Origin: the human T2T-CHM13v2.0 reference genome, Homo sapiens | Assembly: GCF_009914755.1 (NCBI RefSeq) | Contig: NC_060928.1 | Strand: one strand, 5' to 3' | DNA: 64,000 nt | Shown here: positions 39,280 to 53,199 of the stretch, piece after piece | Layout of the letters: every line of letters starts with the position of its first letter | Position numbering within the stretch: the stretch's first letter is position 1 | Translations under genes and position numbers: made by a program | The notes under the pieces: generated by a model | The model's input: the letters and a program-made list of their open reading frames with translations, nothing else | Databases searched by the model: none | Told to the model about the DNA's origin: nothing

Positions 39280-41224
39280 GACTCTACAAATGCCAAAACG
39301 ATTGTCTGAAAATCTAAAAATTCAGTCAATCAAATTCATTTTGTTTATATGTTAATAAACAAGTAATGTCATGCTTTAAAAATCAAATTGGCTAAATTTT
39401 TCCCACTGAATTTGTCAATTCTGTTGGTAGTTTTGACCTTGTGTAAACACAGCCTAAACCAGTATCTAATTCATTAATTAAGCCAGCCATGCAAATTAGC
39501 AAAGACCCATAACCAGAACTTGGAAGAAATTAGGTTAAATCTACAAGAAATTAGAGTGTTGGCGAGTAAGTTTTAATCAAGTACCAGACTTCTTCAGGCT
39601 ATTGTTGCTCACTGCCATCAGATTCATCGCTATTATGACGACCGGTAAATGTGAGAAAACTTTTCTAATTTTGTGGGGCTGATAGGGATTTTTAACCACC
39701 TCAACACTAAATACGTAATTTAATTTGGAGTATGGGATAAAGATATCTCAAGAATATAAAAGACTTTTATGCTGAAATGACTTTTAGTAAAACCTAACAC
39801 TTGAAATTATTTGGAACTTTATCAATATACTATAGTATCTACACATGTTAAATTATTTTAATTTGACATTTTATTTTTGCAATGAAAATTTATGGTCTAC
39901 CACATTCATGCATTTCCTAATCTGATCAAGAAGTTAAGTTCCAACTATTAACTCATGGAATAATTAACTTGGAAAAAGCTCATCAAACTGTAAGCAATGG
40001 TTGATTCTAATTCTTTCTTCACTTTCAAAAGCACTGGCATGTCAGAGATTTCTGTTAATACACATCTGTCCTAATTTGTTAACCACAGACTCATTCAAAA
40101 AAAGAGTTCCAATCACTTTAGAAATCACATTTTAGGTGTTTGAAGTCAGGTGATAAGTTTGTTGAGCAACTGTCAGCGTAACTGGTAAATAACCTTTTAA
40201 AAAATTGAGTGTGTTTTCACTCTTATCACTAAATGAAAAAGCTGTTGGGCAGGGCTTGTGTGCATTGTGCCTCAAGCACCAAGTATCTGCCGATTCAGAA
40301 GAAATGGAACATCTTAGAGTTTTATCATGCATATCCTCTGAATGACTGGGGCAAATACTCATAACTAACGAAGACCTCACTGTAGGGCCTTTGTGAGTCA
40401 TCCAGAAAATAGTAAATCCATCTGGACCAGAGTTGCACCTTATACTCATGAAGACTGTTCAGCTGCAGTTATGTAGAAGAAAAGGCAGGGTTATTTGAAG
40501 GTGACTGTGTAGATGTAACAATTAAGAGACTAACATGATTTCATGTTTATGTATATCTTTAGGCAAACCTAAAATACAGAATTATATAACGAAAATGTAA
40601 AAATTAGGATGATTACTAAAATTTAGGCTCTAAAATGAAATTATATAATGAAAACTAAAAAATTTAGGATGATGAGTTTAAGGGATTATTCACTTTTTAA
40701 TATTTCATCACAAGATTGCTTTAAAGGGCAGCTCCAATGAAACATTAAAAATAATCACACAAGTTTGATTTCTATATAACTGTTTGGTATATATTAGTTT
40801 GAATAATCCTCCTATCATGTTCTGTGATTGTGTGGGAGGCTTAATCACTAAGACTTTCTAAAGCAACATTTTAATCAGGGCAAGCACATTTATTCTAATT
40901 TTCCTGAATTACTACCACTCATATAGCTTCCAAGTTAAAAATATATTGTACTACAAAATTTTGTTGACAAGGTTAAATTCTGAATGCCTACAGAAAGGAA
41001 GATAATTTGCAAATATAGTTTACCCAAGCTGAAAGGGTAGTATTTCTCACCTAATTAATGATTACCTCCTTAGACAGGAGCACCACTACACAATTATTTG
41101 CTACTATTCCACTATTTTGATTTTCTATTTTCTAACACGAATCAGACAGGTGAGATCAGAAACCCAGGTCTTCTAATGTAGCTAGCTGACTATGGACCAC
41201 AGCATTGTAAGAGAAACAGGCAGG

Positions 41225-41410
41225 GTGATGATCTAGAAAGAATGCGAAGACCTGGGTTCATGTCCTGGCCCTAACTGTTATTACCTATATGGACTTGGGC
41301 AACTCACAAATGCCTGGAGCTAATTAATTAGTTCCTTAATCTCTCAAATGAACATTATAAGGGTACTAAATTATATCTCACAACAGTTTCTATGAAACAA
41401 TAAAATCACA
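41225..41410 (+). mobile_element. MIR fragment
   Basis: agacctgggttcatgtcctggccc...ggacttgggcaactcac. Confidence 0.6.
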
Positions 41411-43176
41411 CTGGATTTTATCATAGGAGCTCTGTCCTCTGTGGTGACAACATACACATTAGTGATTAGCTACTACATTCCAGTGCAGCTGGTCATTTCA
41501 ATGTGCAGAACATTTAATATTTGTAACTTGAGGAATGTCTTTTTTAATGATGCCAACTTAATGCAATCTATTATGTTACTCTTTATATATTGAGAGGATC
41601 TTTAGATTCTTATAATGCAATCCCTTTCTAGGTTGGTTTTTAAATAGAGTGCACAGACATTCTTACACATAGGTTCCTTCCCCACCCCCACTGCTTCCTA
41701 ATGATGCAGGATTTTCCATGACATCTGGTCTCAGTGTCAACAACCATTTATAGCATATCAGCTGTAATGAGCAGCAACTGTTTCCAAGTTTTGTTCTGTA
41801 CTTTCATATGAATACAATGGCAATTTCTTTCAATATGATTCAAAGTTTTCTTGAAACTGTTCAAATGACTCAAAGTACATAGGCAGGTTGATGGAATCAC
41901 TTTCAGAACTGGAAGAGACTTGGGAGATAAAATAACTCAAACCTTTCCGTTTCTACATGAGGTAGGGAGGCCCAAAAAGATGAAGCTGAGACCTGAAGCT
42001 AGATTTTCTAATTCCTTCCTTTTAAAGACGTGATACTAAAGAAGCTCCACCAATTGTATAAAAAGTTATTTTTAAAAGGTAGTCCATTCAGCAGATGTTT
42101 TTAGAAGAATTTGAAGTACTCAAAAATATTTACTACCCATATCCAAAACTTATGAAAAAAACATAGTTTTAACCTTGCTTTACCAATTATCATAATCTTT
42201 ATTAATAAATTGATTTGGCAAAGGCAATAGCCTTTAGCATTAACCATATCAGGCTTTTATTTGTGCACATCTAGAAGATGTGCCATCTAAAAGACTCAAC
42301 CATTAGGAATATATATGTAAAATCATGTGTGTTTTACTTGTTTTTAAATTTTTGAATATTATAAAAAGAGCAAATTACTAATTTTATTATCCCATATTAT
42401 TTAATTCTTAAATTCCTTTGGATATTATTTTTTAAGGACTAAAAATTTGTCTTTTAAAATTTCTTTCCTCTATTGGAGAATCTCACTCTTTTAACAGAAA
42501 ACCATCCTCTGCTTGGCATGTTTTCTGTCACTTATCTTTTGCCAAAGAAGGTGCAAATGAAGCTCCCCAATATAAACTATTTCTTTTTTTTTTAGTTTTG
42601 CATGAATTGAAAAGCTTGAATGTCAAGCTCACTTGTCTCATTTGTATACATGGTACAAGGGATTTTAGCTTTTATTTTTGTGTGGAATTAATGCCTGAAT
42701 TCATGTACTTAGCACAAGGAGTTTCTAGCAGATGTATGTGCTATAAGTTTGCAATTAGGAAGTACTCTTTCTATTGCTATGCATATATGAGCAAGTTCAT
42801 AAGAATCCTTCTGTATTCCATTCCTGTTTATTCATTTACTTCCACATTATCAGCACACACTGCTGGGTAGACTGAAAGAACCAGAGTGTAACTAACTGCA
42901 GTGGGAGAGTGCCAATTACCCACAGCTTCTCCACTGCCTGACAAACACTAGGCACTCAACAAAGAAATACTGGAATGGCTAAATGAATTATTAAATTTAT
43001 CAAATACATACTTTGTTTCAAAAATATCTAAATATACATACACAGATGATGTGTTCCTTAAACTTTTATCTAAACATAGCTCTGAGAAAAGTATAATACT
43101 TGTGATTTTATAATTATCCAAAATATAAATTTCACAGGTTGATATATCTACTACCCATGGTTAACAAGAATTTACT

Positions 43177-43511
<335 letters not shown>

Positions 43512-44126
43512 CTAATTCCTTTCTACTTTGGTCATAAATTTAATTTATTCCTATGAAACAGCCTTAAAGTTCCCATCACATCTCCAAATTCTCTTCATTA
43601 AAATCTCTCTCTTTCTCTCTCTCTCATATTCATCTATCCATCCGTCCAATGACATTTCCATTAAGTAATGTTCTTCTGAATAGGGGCTAATAGTAAAGGC
43701 AGCATTCTCTGCCGAGGCAATTCACAGGGTGTTAATTTGTTGCTAAAAGATTCAGTTGTGTGTATAAAGCCTCCTATCCAGATTGTTGTTCATGAAATAG
43801 TTTAGTAACCATTTCGGGTACATTTGAACTGCAGAAATCTTACTACCTTGTTTCAAACACAGTTATTTGAAAAAGCATAGCTTTATAACTATCTCCTTTA
43901 CTTATTCTGTCAACTAAGTCATAGAAATTGTATTCTCCAGGTTCTTAAATGAGAAAATATATCTGATCTGACATTCCTTTATTTCTTGTGACATTAAAAA
44001 TTGTCATTTGTTACTGCAACCTCACTTTGACCTAATATTTTTCTGAATGCAGTACTTGTCTGAGGTACTTCCTCCTTTCTGGGAAGAACATCATCAATAT
44101 GCTTTTCACATATGTATATATATTGA

Positions 44127-44262
44127 TTTTTTTTTTTTTTTGTAGGGATGGGGGGTCTTGCTATGTTGCGCAGGCTGGTATTGAACTCCTGGCCTCAAGC
44201 AATCCTCTTGCCTCAGTCTCCCAAAGTGATTGGATTACAGGCATAAGCCACTGCACCGGGCC
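44127..44262 (-). mobile_element. Alu monomer (FLAM-like)
   Basis: Poly-T, tagggatggggggtcttgctatgttgcgcaggctgg...gccactgcaccgggcc. Confidence 0.88.
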
Positions 44263-44401
44263 TACATACATATTTTTACATGATCCTTAATTCAATGGCC
44301 AGCAGGGTTTCATGCACACAAGGTCTGTTCTTGTTTTGCTCAGTAATGTATGCTCACATTTAAAATGATGCCTTCGTGGTTCCTGAAGGAATGTTTGATG
44401 A

Positions 44402-44783
<382 letters not shown>

Positions 44784-45179
44784 TAAGCACCCAATACTAA
44801 TTGTCTTCATGTGGCAATTACTAATTAAATGTGGCAAATGCATTTTATTCTTCTTTGTCTCGTTTTCCAAAGGCTGTGGTCAATGCTACCTTACTGATTT
44901 TCTAAATGAAAAAGTTTTACTTCATACACCTGTCTACTACCAGATTGTACTGCCCCCTACTCTACATTATATCTTATTTTCTTTATTCCCAATGACACAG
45001 ATTTTGTTTATCTCTGGAAGACCCATAGGCAGGACTATTTTAACCTTTTGATTCACTAAACTTAGAACCATTTCCACAAATTATTGTGGATGTTGCTAGC
45101 AAAATTATTTTCCTATCGTTTTGACTCATTCTTTGGTCTCTTTACAGGCTTTTAATTCATCCAACCAACTAAATTGAGA

Positions 45180-45400
45180 AGTAGTAGTTATTAAGCATGC
45201 AGACTTGGAATCAAATTTCTTAGGCACCAATCATATTTTACTAGTTGAGTGATCTTAAGTTCTTTCATTTGTGGTTGCTAAATTTTCGTTTACATACTAT
45301 GAGGATGATCAGAGCACCTTCCTCATAAAGTTGTTCTGAAGATTTGTATGATAAGACAGCACAGGGTACATGGTAACTGCTTGATAAATGGCATCTTTTA
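45180..45400 (+). mobile_element. MIR fragment
   Basis: gtagttattaagcatgcagacttggaatcaa...actagttgagtgatcttaag...cctcataaagttgttctgaagatt. Confidence 0.65.
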
Positions 45401-48385
45401 CCATTTTGCTTATTAAGACCCTGACTTGATCCAAACGCTCCCAAAGACTGCAGTCCTATCCCTGAACTGTACTGTACTGTTTATCACCACCACTAGATCC
45501 TCCTAATATTATCTAGATCTACATTAATTGGCCTGCCACTGGACACACCTCAGACAAAAGGCTGTGGTCCATGTATCCACTAGGTTCTGCCTGGTGCCGA
45601 TGGATGTACCTTCTTGATGCTGATATCCCACCACCCTGACTCTTCTCCTATTGCTTGTTTCAGGGACATCCTGAAATTGCCTGTTGTACCTCAGTCTTGA
45701 TTATAGGTCCTCATAATTTCCCACTGTCTAATGAGCCCCAGTGAGCAGCAGTTATTCAACTAAATAGTGATCTTTATTCTGAAGATATACTTATCTTCTT
45801 TATGTTATTCAAATATTAATGAACACTTAATAAGCTATTTTACTGAATGCTGCCTTTTATATTATAGATGTACTTTTGGTTGACCTTCATTCATTTCTAA
45901 ATTGAAGGAATATGCTGCAGGTATTGGCCAGGTATAAGCCCCTACGTTAGGTACTGTGGAGTATCGCATTACGTTAAACAGCTATGGTTCCAGAGGGCTT
46001 ATATACAAATTGTACAGCACTTATATCCTTATAGGTGCTGTTGATCATGATAAACATGACATTTCCTGTGTTTCTTTTTCTCACTGATGTGGACAAATTA
46101 AACTATGTGCATCAAACATTTCTATCGCACATCAATTAACATATTAATTAGTATATGGACACAAAAATAAATAGCATAGGAATAGTAAAGGCAAGTTTTT
46201 GTTTAAGGCCTGGTAATAAAAAATTTCAGCACTTGATCTTTTTAACTTTACTATATTGGTAAACATGCTATCACAAGCAATATATTTATCAGAGTATACA
46301 TCATGGGTATAAAAGGCACAAAACAAAGGCAGGGATTTGGCACGTTCAAGAGGTTCATCAACTGCCTCTAATGCACGTGTTTTGAACTCTCTCAGTGTGT
46401 TTATGAAATGGCCTACTGAAGCAAGCACTGAGAACCAGACTCAACTGAAATCCATCCAAGTCAGCAATTTGACACAAACTAAGACAACAACTAAAAAAAT
46501 TATAACAAGCTCTCTCAAAAGCTCATTTCTGTCCTTTCCCAGAATCAGAATAAGAATGGAGAGCAAAAGTACTTTCCCTGCCTTAAAGAAATCTGGTGGG
46601 GAATGCAGCAAGTTATTTCTTTTGCTAGTAAGCCTCCCTAAAAATCATCTGCTTAAGTTTTTAATTAGTGACGTTAGCTCATACGTCAGAGAATATATTT
46701 TTCTTCACAGCCCATGTCCTATTAAAGTTCCAGTCTTTGAAGTGCTCACCTGATTCCAGATGTTTAGAGAAGTCCTGTATTACGATTCCACAAAAAATAT
46801 CTTTAAAGTTATGGAAGAGGATTCACATTTTTTAATACTTGGCTTTTAAAGTCCACTTATGGTTATATAACATGGAGTAAAATGTTTCAAATAATAAATT
46901 TATAGAAGTGTCTGAAAAAAAATTGCACAAATGATGTGCATGTTCATATATGTTCACTTAAAAGGAAAGTAGTGCTGTGGGTTCTGAGAGGTAACAAAAG
47001 GGGCTCTGTCTGTAAATGGCCAGTAAAGAATTTTTGAGGTGACTGTAAAATACATGAATTTTCAAAGAAACACACTGCTTTTGCTTTATACTAATGGGTA
47101 CATTTGGTAAGTGTTAGCAGATATACAGTCCGATCTTGGCTCTTCAGAAGAAAATGCCCTTAACCATACCTTTGCTTTTGATATTTAAAACTCTCAGAAT
47201 TAAATGAAATCAAAAGATTGCAGAAAACTAAGGCAATGTTTTGCTTATAAATCACATCTTCATGTAATTGGTTTAGAGATATAGTCTTCTAGAACATTAA
47301 GTGACTGGAAATATGGATTTATAATTTTTTTTATAACCAGAAAAGTCTGCACGTGAGAAATAAGTCTAGGTCCTCTCACTAAACACACATAGTTTTAGAC
47401 ATTCTAAATTATCCTTTGTCACCTTTGTCCTAATGCCTAGAAAATGCTGAGTTTGAAAGAATCAAAACTATATACAGTGCTCACATTTACTATTTTACTC
47501 ATCCAGTAGTTTTTCTTTTCGATTTCTAGGCTTCACTATTTTTCTGAAATTCCACAGGTAAAACTAGAGTGCTGGGAAATGGAGACGGAAAATTAATGAA
47601 AAAGTACTCCCCTTGTGAGCTATTTCATTTCTAAATGATCTAAAAATTCTCTGTCCTCAAGGGTATCAGAAGCTGAGTGAAGTCTTAAGGGTATCAGTAG
47701 GCATTCAAATGAGAATATGTATATAGGGATATCCATATATATTTGCTACATAAATATTATTTGATGATTAAATTTGTTTTGCTTTCTTTACATCTGTAGT
47801 TTTAGAAGACACTATTATCTTGGTCTTTAGGAATATAAATAAATAAAAAACTAAGAGGCCTCAGTGTCCTCAGAATTCCTAGGACTAATGTTAAGGGAAA
47901 GAGAATGTCAGAATTCAAAATGAGGTTCTTTAGCACATAATCGTTTAGGCTAAAACTTCACCTAATAACTTTATCTCTACACACTTTATAATTTTACTAA
48001 GTATTTACATAATATTGGGTATATATCACATGAATATAAAATGTTTGATCAATGTACACAGAACAAATTTAGAGTGAAGATCATCAAACCCTACTGAAAG
48101 TCACATTAATGCTATATCCATCCTTACAAGGAAAGAAATATAGCATCCTATTTATTGTTAATGTTGGGAAGTTATTTCTATCTGGATAAATCAAGATTTA
48201 TATGTCTCAAGTGTGTGTTAGAGATGAAATAAGAGAGACTGTGGTGAGGGAAAGTTCCTGAGTAACGTGCTGGAATAAGTCCACACAACTTTATTGCTCA
48301 TATTTTTGCCTTTACAGGCATAATTGCAGCTGAACAGTCATTAGGAACTGTGTGGTGGTTTATCTTCTTCAACCGCATTACTCAC

Positions 48386-48458
48386 CTTCAGGTCCCGATG
48401 GACCACGCCCATCTGATGGCAGTGTAGCACAGCCTCCAGGATCTGCTGAATGCAATGA
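48386..48458 (-). CDS. CAMK2D: CAMK2D exon 6, downstream copy (6v2/6b, 73 nt): (S)[24 protein letters not shown]
   Basis: ggtgtttgcatgcag|TCATTGCATT...GACCTGAAG|gtgagt; same length and phase as the other copy; intact HRDLK. Confidence 0.95.
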
Positions 48459-48490
48459 CTGCATGCAAACACCAGGGGGCGTGTGTTAGT
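48459..48490 (-). promoter_or_regulatory. 3' splice region of exon 6v2: ACTAAC branch-point-like motif (A at -28) and TGCATG overlapping the pyrimidine-poor acceptor
   Basis: Minus strand reads ACTAACacacgccccctggtgttTGCATGcag|TCATTG. Confidence 0.65.
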
Positions 48491-49398
48491 TCCAAGCTTA
48501 CACTCACTGTCTGTATACCCTCAGAGAGACTGGGTTAAAGTGCAGAGCTAGCAGACAACTGGGGTTGTATTGTACCACCTTCAGTCATGTAAACATATTG
48601 CTCAAGTAGAGTGACTACTACCTCAGAACAATCAGATCTTACCAGATGTGAGCCAGAATGTGGGTCCATTTGTTCTAGAAAAATCCATTTTGAAAACACT
48701 TTATGTCATTCAAGAGATCATTTCCTGGTTATAAATTCTTCCAGGAAATAAAGTGGAACACAAATATAATCTTTAGAGCTGTGGTGTTCCGCCTCCACCC
48801 CGTCACATAAATTGTTTCCCTTTTCTCTCCCATTTTTCCAGTATTGTTCTAAAAGCTGTCACATTAACAGTCAGGGCACCACTAAGGTTAAATTAAGATA
48901 CCTAATGAATTTTTGATAAATCATTAACTTCTTGTGCTTTAATTTAGCTGGCAATTAATATCTCTTGCCTAAGGGTTCATCAGACTCAAATGGAGCAATG
49001 CGTAACCAGTTGTTCTGCTACAGCAACCCATGGTCTCAGAACAGAAGTGGTGTTTAAAATCTACAGGCGGACATACATCACAGGCCAAGTTTATCTCCAG
49101 GCAAATGCTGGGCAATTCAAGAAAGCCTGCTCCTCAATCCCTTTTGGTAGGTAGTTTACTGCTTGGAAACTTAGCAGGTTGTATTCTTTAGTATTCTTCC
49201 CTTTTTGCTATGATGTATATTTAGCCTGTAGATGAGCAAACTGGAAGAGGCATCATGCATTATCATTTCATCATTTACTCATTTTAGAAACAAGTTGGGA
49301 AAGGCAAGGGAACCATTTTAAATACCCACCCTCTGCCCTTTCCCCAGAAAAAAAAATAAAACTGCTTTGATTCAGATTTATGGACTCCATATACTGAC

Positions 49399-49471
49399 CT
49401 TCAGGTCCCTGTGAACTATGCCATTTAGGTGACAATGATTAACACTTTCTAGAATCTGCTGTATACAATGA
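49399..49471 (-). CDS. CAMK2D: CAMK2D exon 6, upstream copy (6v1/6a, 73 nt): (S)[24 protein letters not shown]
   Basis: cccttgtatctttgcag|TCATTGTATA...GACCTGAAG|gtcagt; matches the canonical CaMKII-delta sequence as I recall it. Confidence 0.97.
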
Positions 49472-50935
49472 CTGCAAAGATACAAGGGCAGAATGGAAGG
49501 GAGAACATTTTAAAGGCACATAATCACATTGAATATGAAATAAAATGAAAGTCCCAATGAAACAAACAAACAAACAAAAATTATATTTCTTCACTTTTTT
49601 TAGCTTTACGTTGGAATCAAATAAAGCTGAATAAAGCTAATTTTGGTTCTAACAAAAATGACATCCAACATAGACTTTGTGACATGTTCAGACAAAACAA
49701 TTTGAGTTGTGTTGTTTTCATTGTAAGTGTACAAATTAAATAATATGTATAAGAAGGTAAAATCTCCATATTTAGAAAGAAAAATTTATAAAGAATTCCC
49801 ATAATGTTCTGGGAAAATTCTTCAGAGATATAAAATTTCCAGGTATTTCTTATACACATCTAAACTGTTTAAAATCTGAGGTCACAATTAAACAGGTGTT
49901 GAAACAAGAGGGTAAACACAGATGAAGTGGCAGGTGAAACAAGGGTCAAAAAAAATGGAGGGACACATTTACCATTTCGCCTTAGAAGCGTTGCTTTTTG
50001 TAAAGTATATAACAGGAAAACAAATGCAAGTCTCCAACAATAAAGGGAGAATTTAAAGTAAACTCATGAATAAAATAAACCCCTCTTTAGTGTAAGAATA
50101 CTTTGGGGAAGAGCTAGGGAGCTTTCAAAGAATAAATAAATACAAATTTACAATCCCCTGGAGCATTGGTAATTATTAAACCCACTTCCATACACTTCAG
50201 TGAAGAAAAACTTTTGCTTCATACTATATCAAAATGCACATTTTATGCTATTCTTATTAAGGGTTCACTGATATCAAATGGGACTGCTAATTAGAGAGGA
50301 GAAATCCTTGTTTGGCACCTATAAGGTCCTGTGAACTGTCATCTGACATATAATAATGCAGAACACATCACACTGATGAATTTTGTATAAGTTCACTGTG
50401 CAATTCAAATGCAAGTACATCCTGAACTACATTTATTCATTGAAAGATGAAGCAAACATTTTAATAAGGACATTTTCAACCACTTAATGTATAAAATAAT
50501 ATTATTCTAAAGAAAAATCTTGAATTTAAAAAAGTAATCACCATCTGATTTATTACAATGTAAATATTTTAAAAATTGATCATGACTATGATTTTCTAGC
50601 TCTTTTATTAACAATACCACTAAAAGCGTCTCACATTCATTGCTGTTGACTACATTGTTTATTTGAGTATTGGTCATTATTTTTAAACCATAGGAATCTT
50701 TTTTCTTTTACAATAATGTTCACTTTGCACTACTCTTTAAGAATATTTCTCTTCCTGTTCTCAAACAACAAGCATAAATTATTGAATCTTGGGAATAACA
50801 GAAGATAAAGAAGTAAACAATAACACATACTAAATGGACTTCACCATTTTTTTTACTAGTGAGAATGGATTCAATTCTTAAATTTTTGAGAACTAGTAAA
50901 AAATTTTTACAATTTTTTGACAATCAAATAGCCTC

Positions 50936-51214
<279 letters not shown>

Positions 51215-52240
51215 GAGAAATAGCCTCTTTATGTATTTAGAAGGGAATGTTCCTTCTCTTTGATTTTATCGGAGAGCTTTCATAAAAAATATCTTAGAGC
51301 TCTTTAGCAGTAAAAATAGTCTCTATTTTAATTTCAACCAGTATTTTTCAAACCAAGTAACAGCCTGCTTAACATAACTTTGAAGGGTAACATTAATGAA
51401 ATTCCCTAGTTTAGTACCTTGATTAAAAGTATTACTGTTTCTTGGCAAGTGGCCAAATAGCTACTTCCAGAGGTTCCCCATGGCCCCTTTCAGGACCCTA
51501 ATGTGGGGATTTGGGGTAAACTGAGCAAGTGATGATTCACTCATCATAGTATAAATTACACAGAATTTTCTATTTGACTTTGGCCATAAAAATTCCATTA
51601 AAAAATTAGAGCGTAGTCATGTACAGATAGATTCACAAAGTGCCATAAACAGTGCATTAAACCAAGAAGAAAAATTAGAAACTTAGAAGTGTGCCTCTGA
51701 GGGCAAGGAGGGGCTGGGAACCTTAATATCAGCTGGACATCTGTTGAGGGTCAGGCTACAATGGGATTAGCAAGCCTTGGGAAGCTCTGATGGCATTGGA
51801 GAATGGGAGCAGAGTCAATCTCTGCTCCCAAACATCTCATTTACATTGCTAATAATGAGCCAATCACTCTTGATCAGATTTTTAAAAATAAATGACAGCT
51901 ACAGAATATATAAAAGTACACAGGAAAATTTACACCATGCAATCCAGTAACATCTAAGCAAGTGGTTAATGTTACTCCACTCCAAAAGTGTTGCCTTGGA
52001 TAGCCTAGGAAGTTGCAAATTAGACAAAAAACTTAGCCTTTTTTAAACTTTTGTAAAGATTTTGCCAATTAACAAGATTGAAAAATTACTCTTGAACTCT
52101 CTTAAATGCCTGAATAAATATATTTCAACTCAGGGGTTCAAGGGTTTTAATGAAATTTCCAAAGAGTTAATTAGCTAATAATAGTTCCTTAAAGAGACCA
52201 CTGAGACTTTTTTCAGGCTGTTTCTGTTTTCTGATTAGAT

Positions 52241-52452
52241 ATTCATTGTTCAGTAGAACTTTCTGTGATGATGAAAATGTTCTATATCTGGTCTGGCCAA
52301 TTGGTAGCTACTAGACACTTGTGGCTACTAGGCAGTTGGCTAGACCAACTACATGGTTAGACCAACTGAGAAATAAATTTTTAATTTAATTTAATTTTAA
52401 TTAATTGAAATTGCAATAGCCACATGTGACTACTGGCTACCACTGGGCAACC
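52241..52452. mobile_element. MER3-like hAT-Charlie MITE
   Basis: cagtagaactttctgtgatgatgaaaatgttctatatctg...aatagccacatgtgactactggctac. Confidence 0.8.
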
Positions 52453-52771
52453 TAGAATCTATCTAGGGATTAGAGGATTTCAATCTTTGATCTCTGACTT
52501 TCACTAAAAAATATATTGCTTTAGCAGAAGTCATTCCAATTAGGTGGGGTGTTTTGGTTTGTTTTTCCTTGTTGTTTTTGATAAAATATGTAATCTAACT
52601 ACAGATGCTAGATAAAAATATAGACCAGATTCATGGAGTTTTTTTTCTCTAAGAATCATCCCGGAGATCCTTAAAACATTTGTTTGTACAAACATGCATT
52701 TGTAAAGAAATATGCTGAAAAAGTATTATTTGAATGTTGAGTCTTGTATCTTGCCCAGGGCAAGTCACTTA

Positions 52772-52930
<159 letters not shown>

Positions 52931-53199
52931 TTAGATGATTTAAAAAAAATCAAAACTTTTTAAAACATGAGACAGTGTTCGTAAGTCAAATCTATACTAC
53001 ACTAAACATTTTTATCTTTTTTATTTGTCTATCATTAGACACATGAGGTCACAATTTTCTGTATGCCATAAATATAGTAGGCAATATCTTTCGCAGAAAA
53101 TGGTTTTCATTTCAATTTTTCAAATATTAATGATATCTGACAAAATTTTGGCACAGTTTAGAAACACTTTCTGAACAAAAGGAGATGATACACATCATA

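Noticed and set aside
46337-46753. Longest ORF in the track (138 aa, + strand)
   Set aside because: Starts at TTG, antisense within an intron, S/K/T-rich with no recognisable domain.
48643-48674. 32-nt pseudo-exon between the two exon 6 copies (tttttctag|...CTG|gtaaga)
   Set aside because: Short pyrimidine tract, no similarity to exon 6, frameshifting; not a third copy.
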